Assembly (NCBI RefSeq): GCF_964194155.1
Contig: NC_135894.1
Span: 46,562,001-46,626,000 of the forward strand
Origin: Cetorhinus maximus
Lineage: Eukaryota
Direction: 5' to 3'
Length of the DNA stretch: 64,000 bases
Position 1 is the stretch's first letter. Each line of letters begins with the position of its first letter. Below the pieces are notes generated by a model that made no database searches, was not told the origin of the DNA, and saw nothing but the letters and a program-made list of their open reading frames with translations. Below, piece by piece: positions 1-13,285 of the stretch. The translations under genes and the position numbers were made by a program.

Positions 1-169
1 AGTGTGGGGATCAGTGTTCATGTGAATCGGTAATCCCAATTTTTACCCAACCACCAGGTTCGGTCCTGATGCTCGTTTTACATCCTATCCCATTTTACTC
101 TCCATTGAAGTTAATGGAAACTAAATTGAGATCGGGTTTTAATTAGAGGCCACCAACATAAGATAGTCA

Positions 170-251
170 GCAAGAAAGAAATCCAATTGGGTATTCAGAA
201 GAAACATCTTTACCGAAAGAGTGGTGAGAACCTGGAACTCAATAATACAGT
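170..251 (+). mobile_element. CR1 LINE 3' fragment, left half (continues at 11114)
   Basis: Encodes a RRNIFTERVVRTWNS-like CR1 ORF2 C-terminal motif, interrupted at 252. Confidence 0.6.
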
Positions 252-1129
252 GGGCGTAATTTAACCCATGGCACACCATTCCTGAGGGTGGGCTGGAATA
301 GGGAGCCACTTCTGCTTTTGTGTCGGGAGTTGGCCGCCGTGCAATTCCTTTCAAAATTTAAAGGGCCAGTGGCGGACATGTGAAACACGTGCAATTATGT
401 GACTGGGGTGAGTTTCCATTGGAGGATCCCACCGTCAGGTAACAGTTCAACAGGGTCTGGGTGGGCTATAAAAGAATCACCTGGACAAGCAAGGAGGGTC
501 TGTATCAAGGCTGCAAATTTCTTATCCACCACCATTTTGTCAGAAGTCTGAGCTACTTTTTCAGTGCACAACTTCATCTCCCTCAGCCCCACACAATCTT
601 CTTCCCTCATCATTCCTCTCCTTATTAATCTTTTTTGTCCAGGGACATCAGCCCTCCCACCTCCCTCCCCCCTACATGTCACCTCAAAGACTTCAGAACC
701 AAGAGAGACACCGGCCCCACGGTTCAGTGATGCCTCTCTGCAGATTCCCCTCCAGGCCATCAGGGAATGAAGGAGGTGCTCTTCCCAAGTGATGGCAACA
801 GGAGACCCTCCTGTCTGACCAAGGTGACCTGGATGCGGATCACAGAGGAGATTAGCAACCATGGGGGTCACCAAAGATCCCAAGTCCAGTGCAGGAAAAG
901 GGTCAATGACCTCCTTTGATCCTCCCGGGTAAGTGTCATGGTAGCATGGGATTGTCTGTCATGGGCATTAGGCTATGTATTTGTGCAAGTGCGCAGCTAG
1001 ACTAGGCAGGTGAGTGTATGATCTGCCTCAGGACTCCATGGCATTTGAGGCCAAAGCCTGATAAAATTTGCCATGAGTGAGCAATTGGGTACAATCTAAC
1101 ACATCAATATGCGAGCATGTGTGATGGGG

Positions 1130-1345
1130 ATTTTATTTATATTCTTTTGCGGGATATGGGTGTTGCTGGCTATGTCAGCATTTATTGCCCATCCATAATT
1201 GCTCTTGAGAAGGTGGTGGTGAGTCTTCTTCTTGAACTGCTGCAGTCCATGTGATGTATGTACACCCATGGTGCTGTTAGGGAGGGACTTCCACGATTTT
1301 GACCCAACAGCAGTGAAGGAACGGTGATATAGTTCCATGTCAGGA
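1130..1345 (-). mobile_element. 3' tail fragment of a CR1/L2-group LINE (family 2)
   Basis: Same tail (…gggcaataaatgctg…) as the longer copies at 29885-30700 and 45696-46335. Confidence 0.6.
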
Positions 1346-1416
1346 GTGTGAATGCATCAAAGCTGTGCTGCCATATGGGTGTTCATGTCCACCCGAGGAA
1401 CTGTGCTATTCTCATA

Positions 1417-4400
1417 GGGCGGAATTGTCCCTGATTTGCACGAAGTGCGGTAGCGGGCAGGGTAACGGATGTTTTACCTGCTGGCCACAATGGCGGGTTT
1501 TTGCACTGTATTGTCCCACTCCTGCCTCATTAATTATGCATTCTTGGGAAACATGCCTCGCGCCGTCACCTCAGGTCTTCAGTAAGGCAGCCGCCATGTT
1601 TAAAGGCTGCCCCTGCAAAGAGCCAGCACTTTTCAAGGGACAGGAAGCTGCTGTGAACTGATGGCTACCAAAGGGAGGAAACGTGCTGCCCCCAGACCCC
1701 AGATTTAGCGATGCCTCTCTCGAGCGCCTACTGGACACAGTGGATGTCCGCTGCGATGTCCTCTACCCTGCTCTGGGCGAAGGCCAGCAAGCAAGGTGAC
1801 CAATCCAGCATGGGAGGTGGTGGCAGCAGTGGTCAGCGCCAATGCTCTCCAAAAGAGGACGGCCACCCAGTACCAAAAGAGGAAGAATGGTCTCATCTGC
1901 TCCGCCAAGGTAAGTCACTCTTCATAATACTCTCAACTCACACACTCACAAACCTATCACACATCCACAGGGACCTAACACCTCAAGAGACAACACCACT
2001 AACTCTCACACACATCCTCACATCTCCACCAGGCTCATATCCTCTCGATATCGCATTCTCATCCCATCCATGGCTCCGCTCACCACACAAATATTCCACG
2101 CAGTGCCATGTGTCCTGCTCACACATTCTCCATCTGTTTTCATGCAGGAGAGGCTGGCTCACATCAGCAAGAAGAGGTCCCAGATTGGGGGTGGAGTGGC
2201 CCACCTTAGACCCCTCACTCACTTAGAGGAGCGTGCCATTGCTCTGACTGGTGAGGACGTGGGCTGTGCCTGCGGCAATGGCAAGGTCGGCTGCGAACGC
2301 CCATGTGAGGATCCTACACCTCATTGCCTCTCTCTCAAGTGCCTCTCTCTCCTGTTTTTGACTCTGCTGCCATGCTAATTATCTCTACTTTGGCTCACAG
2401 GGAGATCTGCCGAGCGACCGATACCCTCAGCCAGCCAGTCCCTCAGCTCCATCCAGGTCCTCACCTCCAGCGAAGAGGACACCTCCTCCATTGAAGAGCT
2501 GGAAATAAACAGCCTGGAAGACCCATCACAGCGCATACCCAGACCCTCCACCAGTGCAGAGACACACACCTCGGTGGGACCTAGATCTGGAGCAGGCTCA
2601 TGTTCACAATCTGGTGGTCACTGCATGGACACGTATCTGCAGCAGGAGGTGGTGATTCAACCGAGCTCCCTGGAACTTGGAGGGCTGTTGGGGAAGAGGC
2701 ATCTGTGAGGTCTGAGTCAGGTGACAAGCCTCTGGATTCCGCCTTCCAACTCCTCCTGGAGAGACAGCAGAAGGCGGGGAAACATCACACAGAGCTGTTG
2801 AAAGCCCTCAACAGAGTGACATGCTGATGCCTTGGAGACCCTGCTCCAACAGGATGCGGAGATGTGCACAGAACTGCACTCCGTTGCGGGAGCCATGGGT
2901 GAGTTCCTGCAGTGGAAATGTGAGTGGGTGACGGGACACCTCGACGGCTCTCCAGGTGCTCCTTCCCCTCAAGGAGTCAGGCCGGGGCCCATGGGCACCC
3001 GAAGGGAGGAGCGATGGCAGCTGGACACCTCTGGGTCATCCACTCAGGAATCTCAGAGGCTGTCCGCTCCCAACAAGTCCTTTTTGCCTGTGACCCCCGC
3101 AACCTCACCTCTGTCATCGCCGAGGGTGCAGCTGGCCCACAGGAGGGCAGCCAAAGCAAGCCGGGGGCCTTAAGGCCTTGTCCCTCCAGAGGACCCACAC
3201 CGAAGTCATCAGAGGCAACAGGGCCAACCATTGCGCAGACTGTCTCCACCCCACTGCAGATGCCAGAAGAAGTGGTAGGGCTAGAAAAGTTAACAAGTTC
3301 TCATCACAAGTGGTTACATGGGTGAACACATTTTGTCACCTTATAATCTGAAAATATATTCACTTTCACGGAATAACGCGTAACAGTGTGTTTGCACTTC
3401 ATTTACAGGCTTCGCAAGTCCTCCCCCTGCATCTCACCCCACCAGCAGTTCAGCTGCACGCAGCTGACACACAAGTGATTCTGGAGTGAGAAGTGTGTGT
3501 GTGGCAGGGTCTTTCAGAGCCTCGTGCAAGCATTCTCCCACGCACGCAGAGCCTTCCTCCATCACACTCACCTCAATGTCCTGAGCATTTTCATGTTGCC
3601 TGCTGGGGTTGACTTTCAGTTGTCCATCTGACCTGCATCTCCACCCACCCACCGATCACTCTCCCGTGCAGCAGCTGTGCCCGTCCAACATGAAGCTCTG
3701 CTCGCTTTTGATTTTGCAAGATGATTGTTGTAAGGTGTGTCTTCAGCTCCCCCATCCTTTCCCCTCCCCCAGTCACCCATGTTCTTTCCCCCATCACTGT
3801 TGAACCCCCCTGGCACCACCTTCCACTTCCCCACTGTCACTTACCAACCGGAACCTTTTCTTTCCAGGATCTCAAGGTGAACGTGCAAATTCCCTATCTT
3901 CCGGAGAATCCCACCCCATCCAAATTGTCCTCCCAAACCCTCCTCCTTCCCACACCCAGGGTCCATGTCTGCCTCTGAGTCCCTACCAACCACCCTTGCT
4001 GTCCCTTCTACCATTACTGTTGCACTCCCACCCTACAGGCTTACTCTGCCCTCCCTCATTCACACCATTCCCTCCTATCACACCCACCCTCAATTTGCTC
4101 CCCAGAAGGCAGTCATCAACTCTAGAGACCCCTATCTTGCATGTTCGCCTGGATACCCCACCCCACCCCGTAACTCTTTCCTCCACCCTTACTCCTTCCT
4201 CCCCACTAACTCCCTCCTCCCCCTGGACTTCTTCCACACCCCCCTGAACTCCTTGTTCCACCCTTAGTCCTTCCCCACCCACCAACTCCCTCCTTCCCCT
4301 GGTCTCCTTTCTCCCCTCCAAACTCCTTTCCCCCTCTGAACTCCTTCCCTTAAACCTTCCTCCCCCCCTTAGACTTACCACCTCAGTTGCCGTATTCTCC

Positions 4401-5114
4401 TCCATTACGCTACCCTCTCCCCGCCATACTCCCTCCCCACCTCCCAACTTCAACCCCCCAACACATTCGTTACCTACCTCCCAACCTCAACCCCCCAATC
4501 GCACCCCCCACCCCCCCCCCCACCCCCCACCCCCCCGCCCTGCCGGTAAACCTTCCTCTCCCAGTCAAACCTACACTTTTCTCTCCACCCCCTCAACGAT
4601 CATCAGTAGCAGTCCATGGCCAAAACACCGATCTCCAGAAGCAGACCCCAGACATCAACAACGGCGTTCCACCTTCCATGAGCTGCTTTGTGGCAGATCC
4701 ACGTCCATCAGAATCCATCCAGGATGCGATACACATGTTCCTCCAGGTCCGATAACTGTAGGGCTCCAGCATCATCTGTTCCTCAGGTGTCCGTGAGAAA
4801 GCCTAACGGTAAGTCCCGACTTCTGCACATCACACTTGTCAAGACGTGTCCTGCACCAGCAATTTTTCCAGCCAATGTGGGTGGTAAATTTGATATTGGG
4901 GGGGACAAGCAGGGCTTATAATTAGATGCAGATGTACTAAAATGGCATTTCTGACATGCAGTGGTGGGAAACGCAGCCCGCCATCGATGGGCAGAATGAA
5001 CGATCGCAAACTGGTTTCACAGTGTCGCAAAATCGATTTTTTGGCCTTCCTGCCATATTATCTGCTCACACCTGCCATGACGCCTGACGCCAACAAAAAC
5101 GGAAAGTTTCGGCC
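1417..5114. mobile_element. PIF/Harbinger element B, internally deleted, nested in element A
   Basis: Left end GGGCGGAATTGTCC resembles the element at 36781; right end GGAAAGTTTCGGCC; flanks ATA/ATG. Three-exon Myb/SANT pseudogene on + (ATG 1661, donor 1910, acceptors before 2148 and 2401). Transposase largely missing; C-rich low-complexity tract ~3900-4600. Confidence 0.75.
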
Positions 5115-5459
5115 ATGGACTCAGTGGAACCTTAATGTGTATCTTTTTGTTCTCTTTTACAGGCCCCTACAATCCAGATCCCAGGACTCAGCCACTCTTC
5201 AATACTGAAGACTGCATCTCTACAGGTGATGTCACCAGTGACCCAGAGGATGTACCATCGCCTGCATCTGCCACACCCTCCACCAGTGCAGTTATTCCCA
5301 CCTGGGTCATCGAGGGATCGCATTTAGAACTGGGGCCACATTCTTGAGAGCAGAGCACAGACACGTCCCAGCAACTAACTGAGGCTGTGACAGCAGAGAT
5401 CTCAGGCACTCAGAAGACTGTTGGTAAGCAGGTCCCACTGAGCCCCATGCTGATTATAA

Positions 5460-6360
5460 AGTCATAGATTCACAGAATTGTTACAACACAAAAGGAGGCT
5501 ATTTGGCCTATTGTGTCTACATTAGCTTTCTCAATGAGTGATTCATCTAGTGCCATTCCCTGCCTTCCCCCCATAACCCTGCACATTCTTCATTTTCAGA
5601 TAACAGTCTAATTTCCTTTTGAATGATTTAATTGAACCTGCCTCCACCACCAATTCATGCAGAGCATTCAAGATCTTAACCACTTGCTGTATGAAGAAGT
5701 TTTCCCTCATGTCTCCATTGCTTCTTTTGCCAATTACCTTAAAGCTAAGCTCTCTTATTCTTGATCCTTCCATCAATGGGAACAATTTTTCCCTATCTAC
5801 TCTGTCTAGACCCCTCATGATTTTGATATTTCTATCAAATCTCCTCTCAACCTTTCTTCTCCAAGGAGAACAGTCTCAGCTTCTCTAATCAATCTACGTA
5901 ACTGAAGTTCTTCCTCAGAAACATTCTCATGAATCTTTGTTGCACTTTTCCTAATGTGTTTACATCTTTCCAAAAGTGTGGCACCTAGAACTGGATGCAG
6001 TACTCCAGTTGAGGTTGAACCAGTGTTTTATACATAACTTCCTTGCTCTTGTATTCTATGTCCCGATTAATAAAGCCTAGGATACTATATGCCTTATTAA
6101 CTGCTCCTACAACCTGCTCTGCCACCTTCAATGGCTTATGCACAAATACACCCAGGTTCCTTTGCTCTGCACCCCCTTTTGAATTATACTCTTCACACAC
6201 TTCTCTGCATTGAACTTCATCTGCCACTTGTCCGCTCATTCCACCAACCTGCCTATGTCCTTTTAAAGTTCTACCCTATCCTCCTCACAGTTCACAATAC
6301 TTCCAGGTTTCATATCATTCACAAATTTTGAAATTGTGCCCTGTACACCAAGATCTAGGT
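5460..6360 (-). mobile_element. CR1 LINE 3' fragment
   Basis: ORFs MRGLDRVDREKLFPL...FFIQQVVKILNAL and YKTLVQPQLEYCIQF match the CR1 RT C-terminus. Confidence 0.85.
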
Positions 6361-7669
6361 AACTAATGGTGACTGGCCTCTGGTTATAGCCACAACAAGC
6401 TTGCTGGAAATGCAGCAGAGATTAGGGGAACAAATGGCGGAGATGCCAGGGGTTATGCACAACTTTGTGTAGACTATGGAGGAGTCCATTCATGCCATGA
6501 GTTCTGCTATAATTCTGCTATAGCCTCCATGGAGAGGTTGGCAACTGCCATGGAGAACCAAGTTGAACAATCGACCCATATGCCCTCTGACCTGCATTCC
6601 ATTGCTCTAGCCGTGGGCTCCATACAGCAGTGACTAGGCAAGAGGGGAAAATGAGGCACCTGGACCTTTCTCCAGGTGTCCCTTCTCCTCAGGGAGACAG
6701 GGAGGTGTCATTGCACACCTCAATGGAGGAGAAGCATACGCCAGCTGCCCCAGGGTCTTCCTGTCAGGGCACTCCCTGAGTGAGCAGCCTCTCCTCATCC
6801 CCCTGTAATTGACCCCCATTGCCTCCAGTAGGTGTGGCTGAGAAGGTTGCCCCTGCACCCATGCAGGACACCCCAGCAGGTCGGAGCACTCAAGGGCTCT
6901 GACCTCCAGAGGATACCCTCCAATGCAAGCAATGAGGCATCACAGTTGGCAGGCTGCCTCCGCCTCAGCTGCTGGTGTCAGGGTCACACAAACAAATAAT
7001 GGTAGGAAAAAAAAACTTAAGAATTTATGAGAGCACAAAGGCGGCACTAGTGTTTTTTTTATGAAATTCACTTCATCACATGTTAATGTTGCATGATACA
7101 TTGGGTCGGAACTTCCAAGAAATGGCAAACACAATCAGATTGCACTACACAATTCTCACTGTCCAACATGGGCTGGCTGAGAATAGTGTAGTGCAGCAGG
7201 TTCCCGAGGCCTTCAGTCAAAAGCAGCAGCTTTGGAGGAAAGGAGGCCATGCCCCCTTTTTACAGCACTAGCTGCCATTAATGAGGTAAGTTTAAATGTC
7301 CCAGCCACTTTGAGAAGCCAGGGACAAGGTAAGTGTGTAAGTATGGAAGGTAAGTGGGTAGCGGGGGGAAGAGAGGTGGTGGTAAGATCGGGAGTTGGTC
7401 GGGTGGGGGTATTTGGTGGACAGTCAGTCGGGGGGATAGTCGAGCGGTCAATCGGGGCTTTCCAGTGGTCAGTCGGGGGCGGGGTGTCATGTGGTCAGTG
7501 GGGGGGATTGGGTGGTCCATTGTGGGTGGGGGTGTACTTGGGGGATTAGAGACTCCCGGGTTTGAACTTTCTGTACAGTCCCTGCATGGGGGATTTCCAG
7601 CGCTTTCCCCAGAGCATCTCCTGGGGTACCTCCTGGCAATAATCCCCGAAGATCGGAACTTATGGGGCA

Positions 7670-8150
7670 GTGAAGGAACAGTGATATATTTCCAAGTCAG
7701 GATAGTGAGTGACTTGGAAGGGAACTTCCAGGTGGTGGTTTTCCCATCTATCTGCTGCCCTTGTCCTCCTAGATGGTAGTGGTCGTGGTTTTGAAGATGC
7801 TGTCTAAGGAGCCTTGGTGAATTCCTGCAGTGCATCTGTTATTGTAGCCACAGTATTCATATGGCTAGCCCAGTTCAGTTTCTGTTCAATGGTAACCCCC
7901 AGGATGTTGATAGTGGGGGACTCAGTGATGGTAATGCCATTGAATGTCAAGGGGCAATGGTTAGATTCTCTCTTGTTAGAGATGGTCAATGTCTGGCACT
8001 TGTGTAACAAATTTTACTTGCCACTTGTCAGCCCAAGCCTGGATATTGTCCAGGTCTTGCTGCATTTGGACATGGACTGTTTCAGTATCTGAGGAGTCAC
8101 AAAAGGTGCTGAACATTGTGCAATCATCAGCGAACATCCCCACTTCTGCA
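7670..8150 (-). mobile_element. CR1/L2-group LINE (family 2) fragment
   Basis: KCQTLTISNKRESNHCPLTFNGITITESPTINILGVTIEQKLNW RT C-terminal motif; homologous to 29885-30700. Confidence 0.75.
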
Positions 8151-8649
8151 TCATTATCTTTTTTGGGACTTGATTAGTCATATAACTAACTATACAGGCA
8201 TGTCTCATAGTAGGCACTTCTTGATGGCTGCATGGAATGTTATGTTAGACATCTCCTTTATTGTGTAGGTGACTATGGTGTTGTATGTTTACAATCAGTC
8301 TTTATTTAATGTTCAAGCATGTGGCCATTTTTATGTTGGTTCATCTGTGGGGCACAGAGGAAGATGCGGGTTCTGCAGACTCTCCATCACATAGTGTCAA
8401 GGAGATTGTCAAATGGACAATTGAACTGCCTTATGCAAAATCAATGATCTGTAACAATGGAGCAGGTTCTGAAATTCCTGTGAAAGGCTATTTGACATAT
8501 GCCCACAAGCACATCAGTTGTCCTGGGTAACAGTCTTCAGTAGCAAATACGTGTGACGGATTTCCATTGTCCTTGCTATTCTAGGTGGTAGAGGACACAC
8601 GGGTTCAGAGGTAGCTCCTAGGTTGGAGGCTGGCAGGATGTGTTCTACA

Positions 8650-9900
8650 TCCCGAGGAGACAAACAGTTGTCATGTAGGTCCCTCAATCTTGGGCGAATC
8701 TCGTGTATATGAGATTGTCACTGGTATCCCTGGCATGTCTCTTCATGGTCCTGGCATCCAGTAGAGTCTCAAGCACATTCATGTCCTCTTCCTCAGACCA
8801 GTGTTGAAAATACACCCCCACTGCCTTGACAGGTCTGGAGGGGCTCTGTAGCACGCATCACTGAGGAATAGTCGTGGTATGTTGTGCACTGCATAACATG
8901 GCCATACAACATGGTGAACCCTTGGATCAAGATGACATTCATGACCTCTTCCTCATTCATCTTCATCTGGGGAGGAATGCTGTTCCTCCCTGTCATCGTG
9001 ATCCAAGGGTTCAGCACGTTGCATGGCCACGTTGTGCAATGCACAACATACGACTACCCTCGGAGATGCGTGCTACAGAATCCCTCCAGACCTGTCGTGG
9101 CAGCGAAGGTGCCTTTTCAACACTGGTCTGTTCATTGACGGCTCTGGTGAAGGTGTGGGCTGTAGTGTCGTGATCCTCCATTGTGGGGTGTGTCTTACTG
9201 GTGTCATCAAGCATGTGCAGAAGGGGTAGCCCTTGTCACCCAAGATCCAGTCGTCAATCTGAGCAGTGGCCTCAAAGTTCAGGAAGCTGTGAGTTTCACA
9301 AGATATACAAGTCATGGGAAATGAGCACAGACCCGAGTAATTCTTTGCCTATAGTCACAGGCCAGTTGCAAGTTTAGAGAGTAGGATCACTTGTGGTTCA
9401 CATATGAAAACTAGCTGTTCCCAGGGAGCTCTGATGACAACATAAGGGCAGTTTATTAACCCATGCACTCAAGGGAAATAAGCAATGGTCGCGAAGCACA
9501 TTGCCCTGGCTGTCATCATCTGTGGTGAATCTGATGAACTCATTGGTATGATGAAAGAGGGCATCAATCACCTCTTTGCACTTGTGTGTGGCAGCCTGTG
9601 AATTGCCACACATGTCACCTGGAAGTAGCTGGTGGTGAGCGCCGCAGTCACTTTGAGAGTCACGAACATGGGGTTGTTGCCAAATCCATGTGGCTGCAGG
9701 TCTTGTTGCATGATCTGACAAATTTTGGTGACCACTTCCCAGGACAACTGTTGGAGTCTCTGGCATAACCTTTCGGACATCTAGAGATAGTTTGTTCACA
9801 TCTTGCTGATGTGCCAGCAATCTTCTTCTCCGATGTGTCCCCTGTATGGCTGCCTCCAGACCAGCCTGCCCCTCCGGTGCTGACTGCTGTTGGCATTGCA
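8650..9900 (-). pseudogene. Degenerate Harbinger (HARBI1-like) DDE transposase of element A
   Basis: Fragments LKVTAAL..YFQ, WILGDKGYP...LMTP, xCALHN; many stops and frameshifts. Confidence 0.75.
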
Positions 9901-11113
9901 GCCTCAATTGTTGACCAACAAGAGCCCTCCTTTGTCAGGTCCTCTCCTGCTCTTGCGATTGTAGAAATATTGGGTGTATGAGATCCAGTGGTATTCTATT
10001 AACGGTGTGAGAAAGGCAGACAGTGATATGGCTACCTGTGTGTCCAGGGGTTTCATCCATACAGCTGCTGAGCAGTGAGATTTTCTACTCCTCTTATTGT
10101 CCACACTCAAAACTCCACTCACTCCACACTGACCTCCTCCCACTTGGATCTGTACCCCTGGCAACTACAAGTACGTTTTTGGACATGGCCAGCAGCACTG
10201 TATGAGTGACTGTGAATTGCAACCTGTGACCCTCCAACCCCCCACCCCCATCACCTTGGGCTTTGTCCCCATCACCCTTGACCCTCCCAACATCACTGTG
10301 CTCCTTCCCTTTGTAACCCTTGAACCTCTCCTCATCACCCTGGACCTGGAGCAACATTCCTTTGAATATCATAACCTCAGAATGGACCTGCCACCACCGA
10401 ATCGAACTCCCCCTGCATCTGTGAACATTCCCTTTGTCAGCCAACACCCTGAGTTTGATCCACAGGACCTAACTTTGGATATTGATCCTGCCCTTTAAGC
10501 AAGTCATTTTGTTTATCTTCACTGGCAGTCCCCAAACCCCAGACCAACCACACCCAAGATGCCAGACCATAATTGCACTCTTCCATGGCCCGAAACCACC
10601 TGCTGTCCTTCTTGAAAGCCCTCTTCCAGTCCTCCATGCCCCTTCGCCGCTGCAAACCCCATCTGCCCCAACCCCTGACTCACTCCTTCAGGTCCTGACC
10701 CTCCATGCAAGCTGCCATCCTCCTGCTCCCCTCCCTTTTGCCGCAGAGTTCAACAAAGACAACTCTCAGACACAACTGCACAAAGCTTACTGGTGCATGC
10801 CACTATCAAACAAACATAAAACAGGACCCATGCACTTCTGTTTCCCATGAGTTTCCCATGCACTGCTGACTTAATCTTGAAGGTAGGACTTAATTGCACA
10901 AAGTTTTAAGATAATGCATATTCATGTATGCAAATGTATTACAAGTAGGAACACACCATGGGACACTGTGAGGCCCGATGCACCACTGCGATGCATTGGT
11001 TGAATTTTTCAGTCTGAATCTGCGGTCGTAATTTTGAAATTTTGGCTCCCGCATAATTAACTCCACCCACCCGCCACGTTTCCCACTCCTGGAATCATCA
11101 TTAAATTCCACCC

Positions 11114-11300
11114 AGGGAGTAGTTGAAGCGAAGATTATAGATGCATTCAAGGGGGACTTAGCCAAGCATATGAAGGAGAAGGGAATAGAGGGTTAAAATA
11201 TAAATTCAGATGAGGAACTTTGGGAGGAGGCTTGAGTGGAGCATAAGCACGGACTGGTTGGGTTGAATGGCCTGTTCCTGTGTGTTTATCCTATGTAAAT
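11114..11300 (+). mobile_element. CR1 LINE 3' end, right half of the fragment at 170-251
   Basis: GVVEAKIIDAFKGDLAKHM motif followed by a CR1-type 3' UTR (…aatggcctgttcctgtg…). Confidence 0.7.
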
Positions 11301-12201
11301 GGGCTACTGACAGATTATGTTAAAATCAGGGCTGATATGTCAACAGTCCAACTCCCACCAACAAATACATAAACATGCACATTTTACCAAAACCAAAAGA
11401 AACAACACTCCAAATTAGAGACGTTCTAGAAAATATATTTGTGATGTAGTAAGGGTAACCTATTGCCCAGGTCTGGAGGGAGTGAGGAAGTTTTGCTCCT
11501 GAAAACTGTCCAAGTATTGTCTGCATTGACAGCGCTGGTCTAACTGACTATAGAATCAAGGGAGCCTTGGGAACCTTTATCCCCACCCACAGTGAGCATT
11601 TCTTAGGAGCATGGTTTCTCAATGGGGATACGATTGTTTACTATCGTGTTGGAAAAGGATGAGGAGGAACAGGAGGTGATGAAAGTATGGCAGCATTTAA
11701 GAAGGATGCTGCTTTCAAGATTTCACCCTCTTTGAAAGGATATAGGAGCAACATAGATTCTAGAGTGGGGTTCTGTTTTAGGTGATTGCACTCCATTAAA
11801 GAGGCAATACAGCAGCTGTACCAGCTCCTGCATGAGGCCCTACACCACACTCTTCAGCTTGCATGAGGAGACTATGTAAGTCATAACCTCAAATAAACCT
11901 TTCTGGCATCTGGTCATTCCAGATAGTCAGGGGTGTCTATGCATTATCAGCTGGGATTTCAGTTGGGCATGTTTCATTCTGAAATTCATCCAGCACCATG
12001 GAGCCAAAAATACATGAAACATGTTCCTGGTTGCCCAAAGCCCAACATCCAGTGTGCCACAGGCTTAAATGTTCTGTAAAGGGATCATTTGCAGTTTCCA
12101 GACCAGCGCAAATCTAACAATGGCTATGCCTAACAATCTAGGTACTGCTGTGCTCAAGCTGTGTTATTGGGCCCATATTCTACTTCAGCATATTACAACA
12201 C

Positions 12202-12680
12202 AGGAGAATTTTCTCCCTGATGGGGGGTTGTGCGGGAGTGGGCACAGACACAGAGCTGCCTCAGGGAGATTAGTTTAAGTTTAAAAAATTTTAATAAAGG
12301 AAAAAAAAAATTTAGGACATGTCCCCTCATGTGAAACTATCATATCAGCTGGGATATGTCTACGAATTTTATTCAAAACTTTTTGAATCCTTTAAAAATC
12401 TTCATGAAACCTCATCCCGCCCATGGATGAGGTTCTATGAAAAATGCAAAGGCTGCCTGGGCTCTTCGCCTGCCCACCAACCTTAATTTTAGATGGGCAG
12501 CTCTGTTTATTGTTTTAATTGATAGTTAACTGGCCTTAATAGGCCTTTGACAGTTTGGTGCGCTGAAAATCTGAATGACGCGCAGTGATGGCGGGACGCA
12601 CGCCCAACATCACCGCGCATCATTTTATGCTTCGTCAAGCGGGCCGAAGATTCTGCCCACATTCTCAAGTCAGAGGGGTA
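12202..12680. mobile_element. Harbinger-type MITE, degenerate copy
   Basis: Shares the catgaaacctcatcc…ggatgaggtt hairpin and internal blocks with the 35067-35801 copy. Confidence 0.65.
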
Positions 12681-12699
12681 CAGCTGCATTAAGTTTCAA

Positions 12700-13285
12700 G
12701 GGAGTAAGTTGTATAGAACCTTGGTGAGGCCACAGCTGGCGTACTGTGTGCAGTTCTGGTCGCCACATTATAGGAAGGATGTGATTGCACTGGAGGGGGT
12801 GCAGAGGAGATTCAGCAGGATGTTGCCTGGGATGAAACATTTAAGTTATGAAGAGAGGTTGGATAGACTTGGGTTGTTTTCATTAGAGCAGAGAAGACTG
12901 AGGGGCGACCTGATCAAGATGTACAAGATTATGAGAGGCATAGACAGGGTGGATAAGGAGCAGATGTTCCCCTTAGTTGAAGGGTCAGTCACGAGGGGAC
13001 ATAAGTTCAAGGTGAAGGGCAGGAGGTTTATGGGGGATGTGAGGAAAAGCTTTTTTACCCAGAGGGTGGTGACGGTCTGGAATGCATTGCCTGGGAGGGT
13101 GGTGGAGGCGGGTTGCCTCACATACTTTAAAAAGTACCTGGATGAGCTCTTGGCATGTCATAACATTCAACGCTATGGGCCAAGAGCTGGTAAATGGGAT
13201 TAGGTAGGTAGGTCAGGTGTTTCTCACGTGTCGGCGCAGACTCAATAGGCCGAAGGGCCTCTTCTGCACTGTGTGATTCTGTGAT
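12700..13285 (+). mobile_element. CR1 LINE 3' fragment, well preserved
   Basis: 164-aa ORF YRTLVRPQLAYCVQFWSPHYRKD...FFTQRVVTVWNALP plus a 3' tail ending (gtgattct) repeats. Confidence 0.9.

Larger units (their letters stand above)
252..11113. mobile_element. Old PIF/Harbinger DNA transposon (element A) with nested insertions
   Basis: Imperfect TIRs GGGCGTAATTTAA / TTAAATTCCACCC (11/13), flanks AGT/AGG. Myb/SANT remnant on + (APRFSDASL..., ~700-928, resuming at 5163 and ~6370-7000). HARBI1-like transposase remnant on - (~8650-9900). The flanks rejoin into one CR1. Confidence 0.7.

Noticed and set aside
3965-4755. Proline-rich / Gly-Glu-rich ORFs
   Set aside because: By-product of C-rich low-complexity DNA inside Harbinger B; open in several frames with no domain signal.
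7278-7835. Long overlapping ORFs (185 aa, 141 aa)
   Set aside because: They run across a G-rich degenerate repeat fused to a LINE fragment; no coherent protein.
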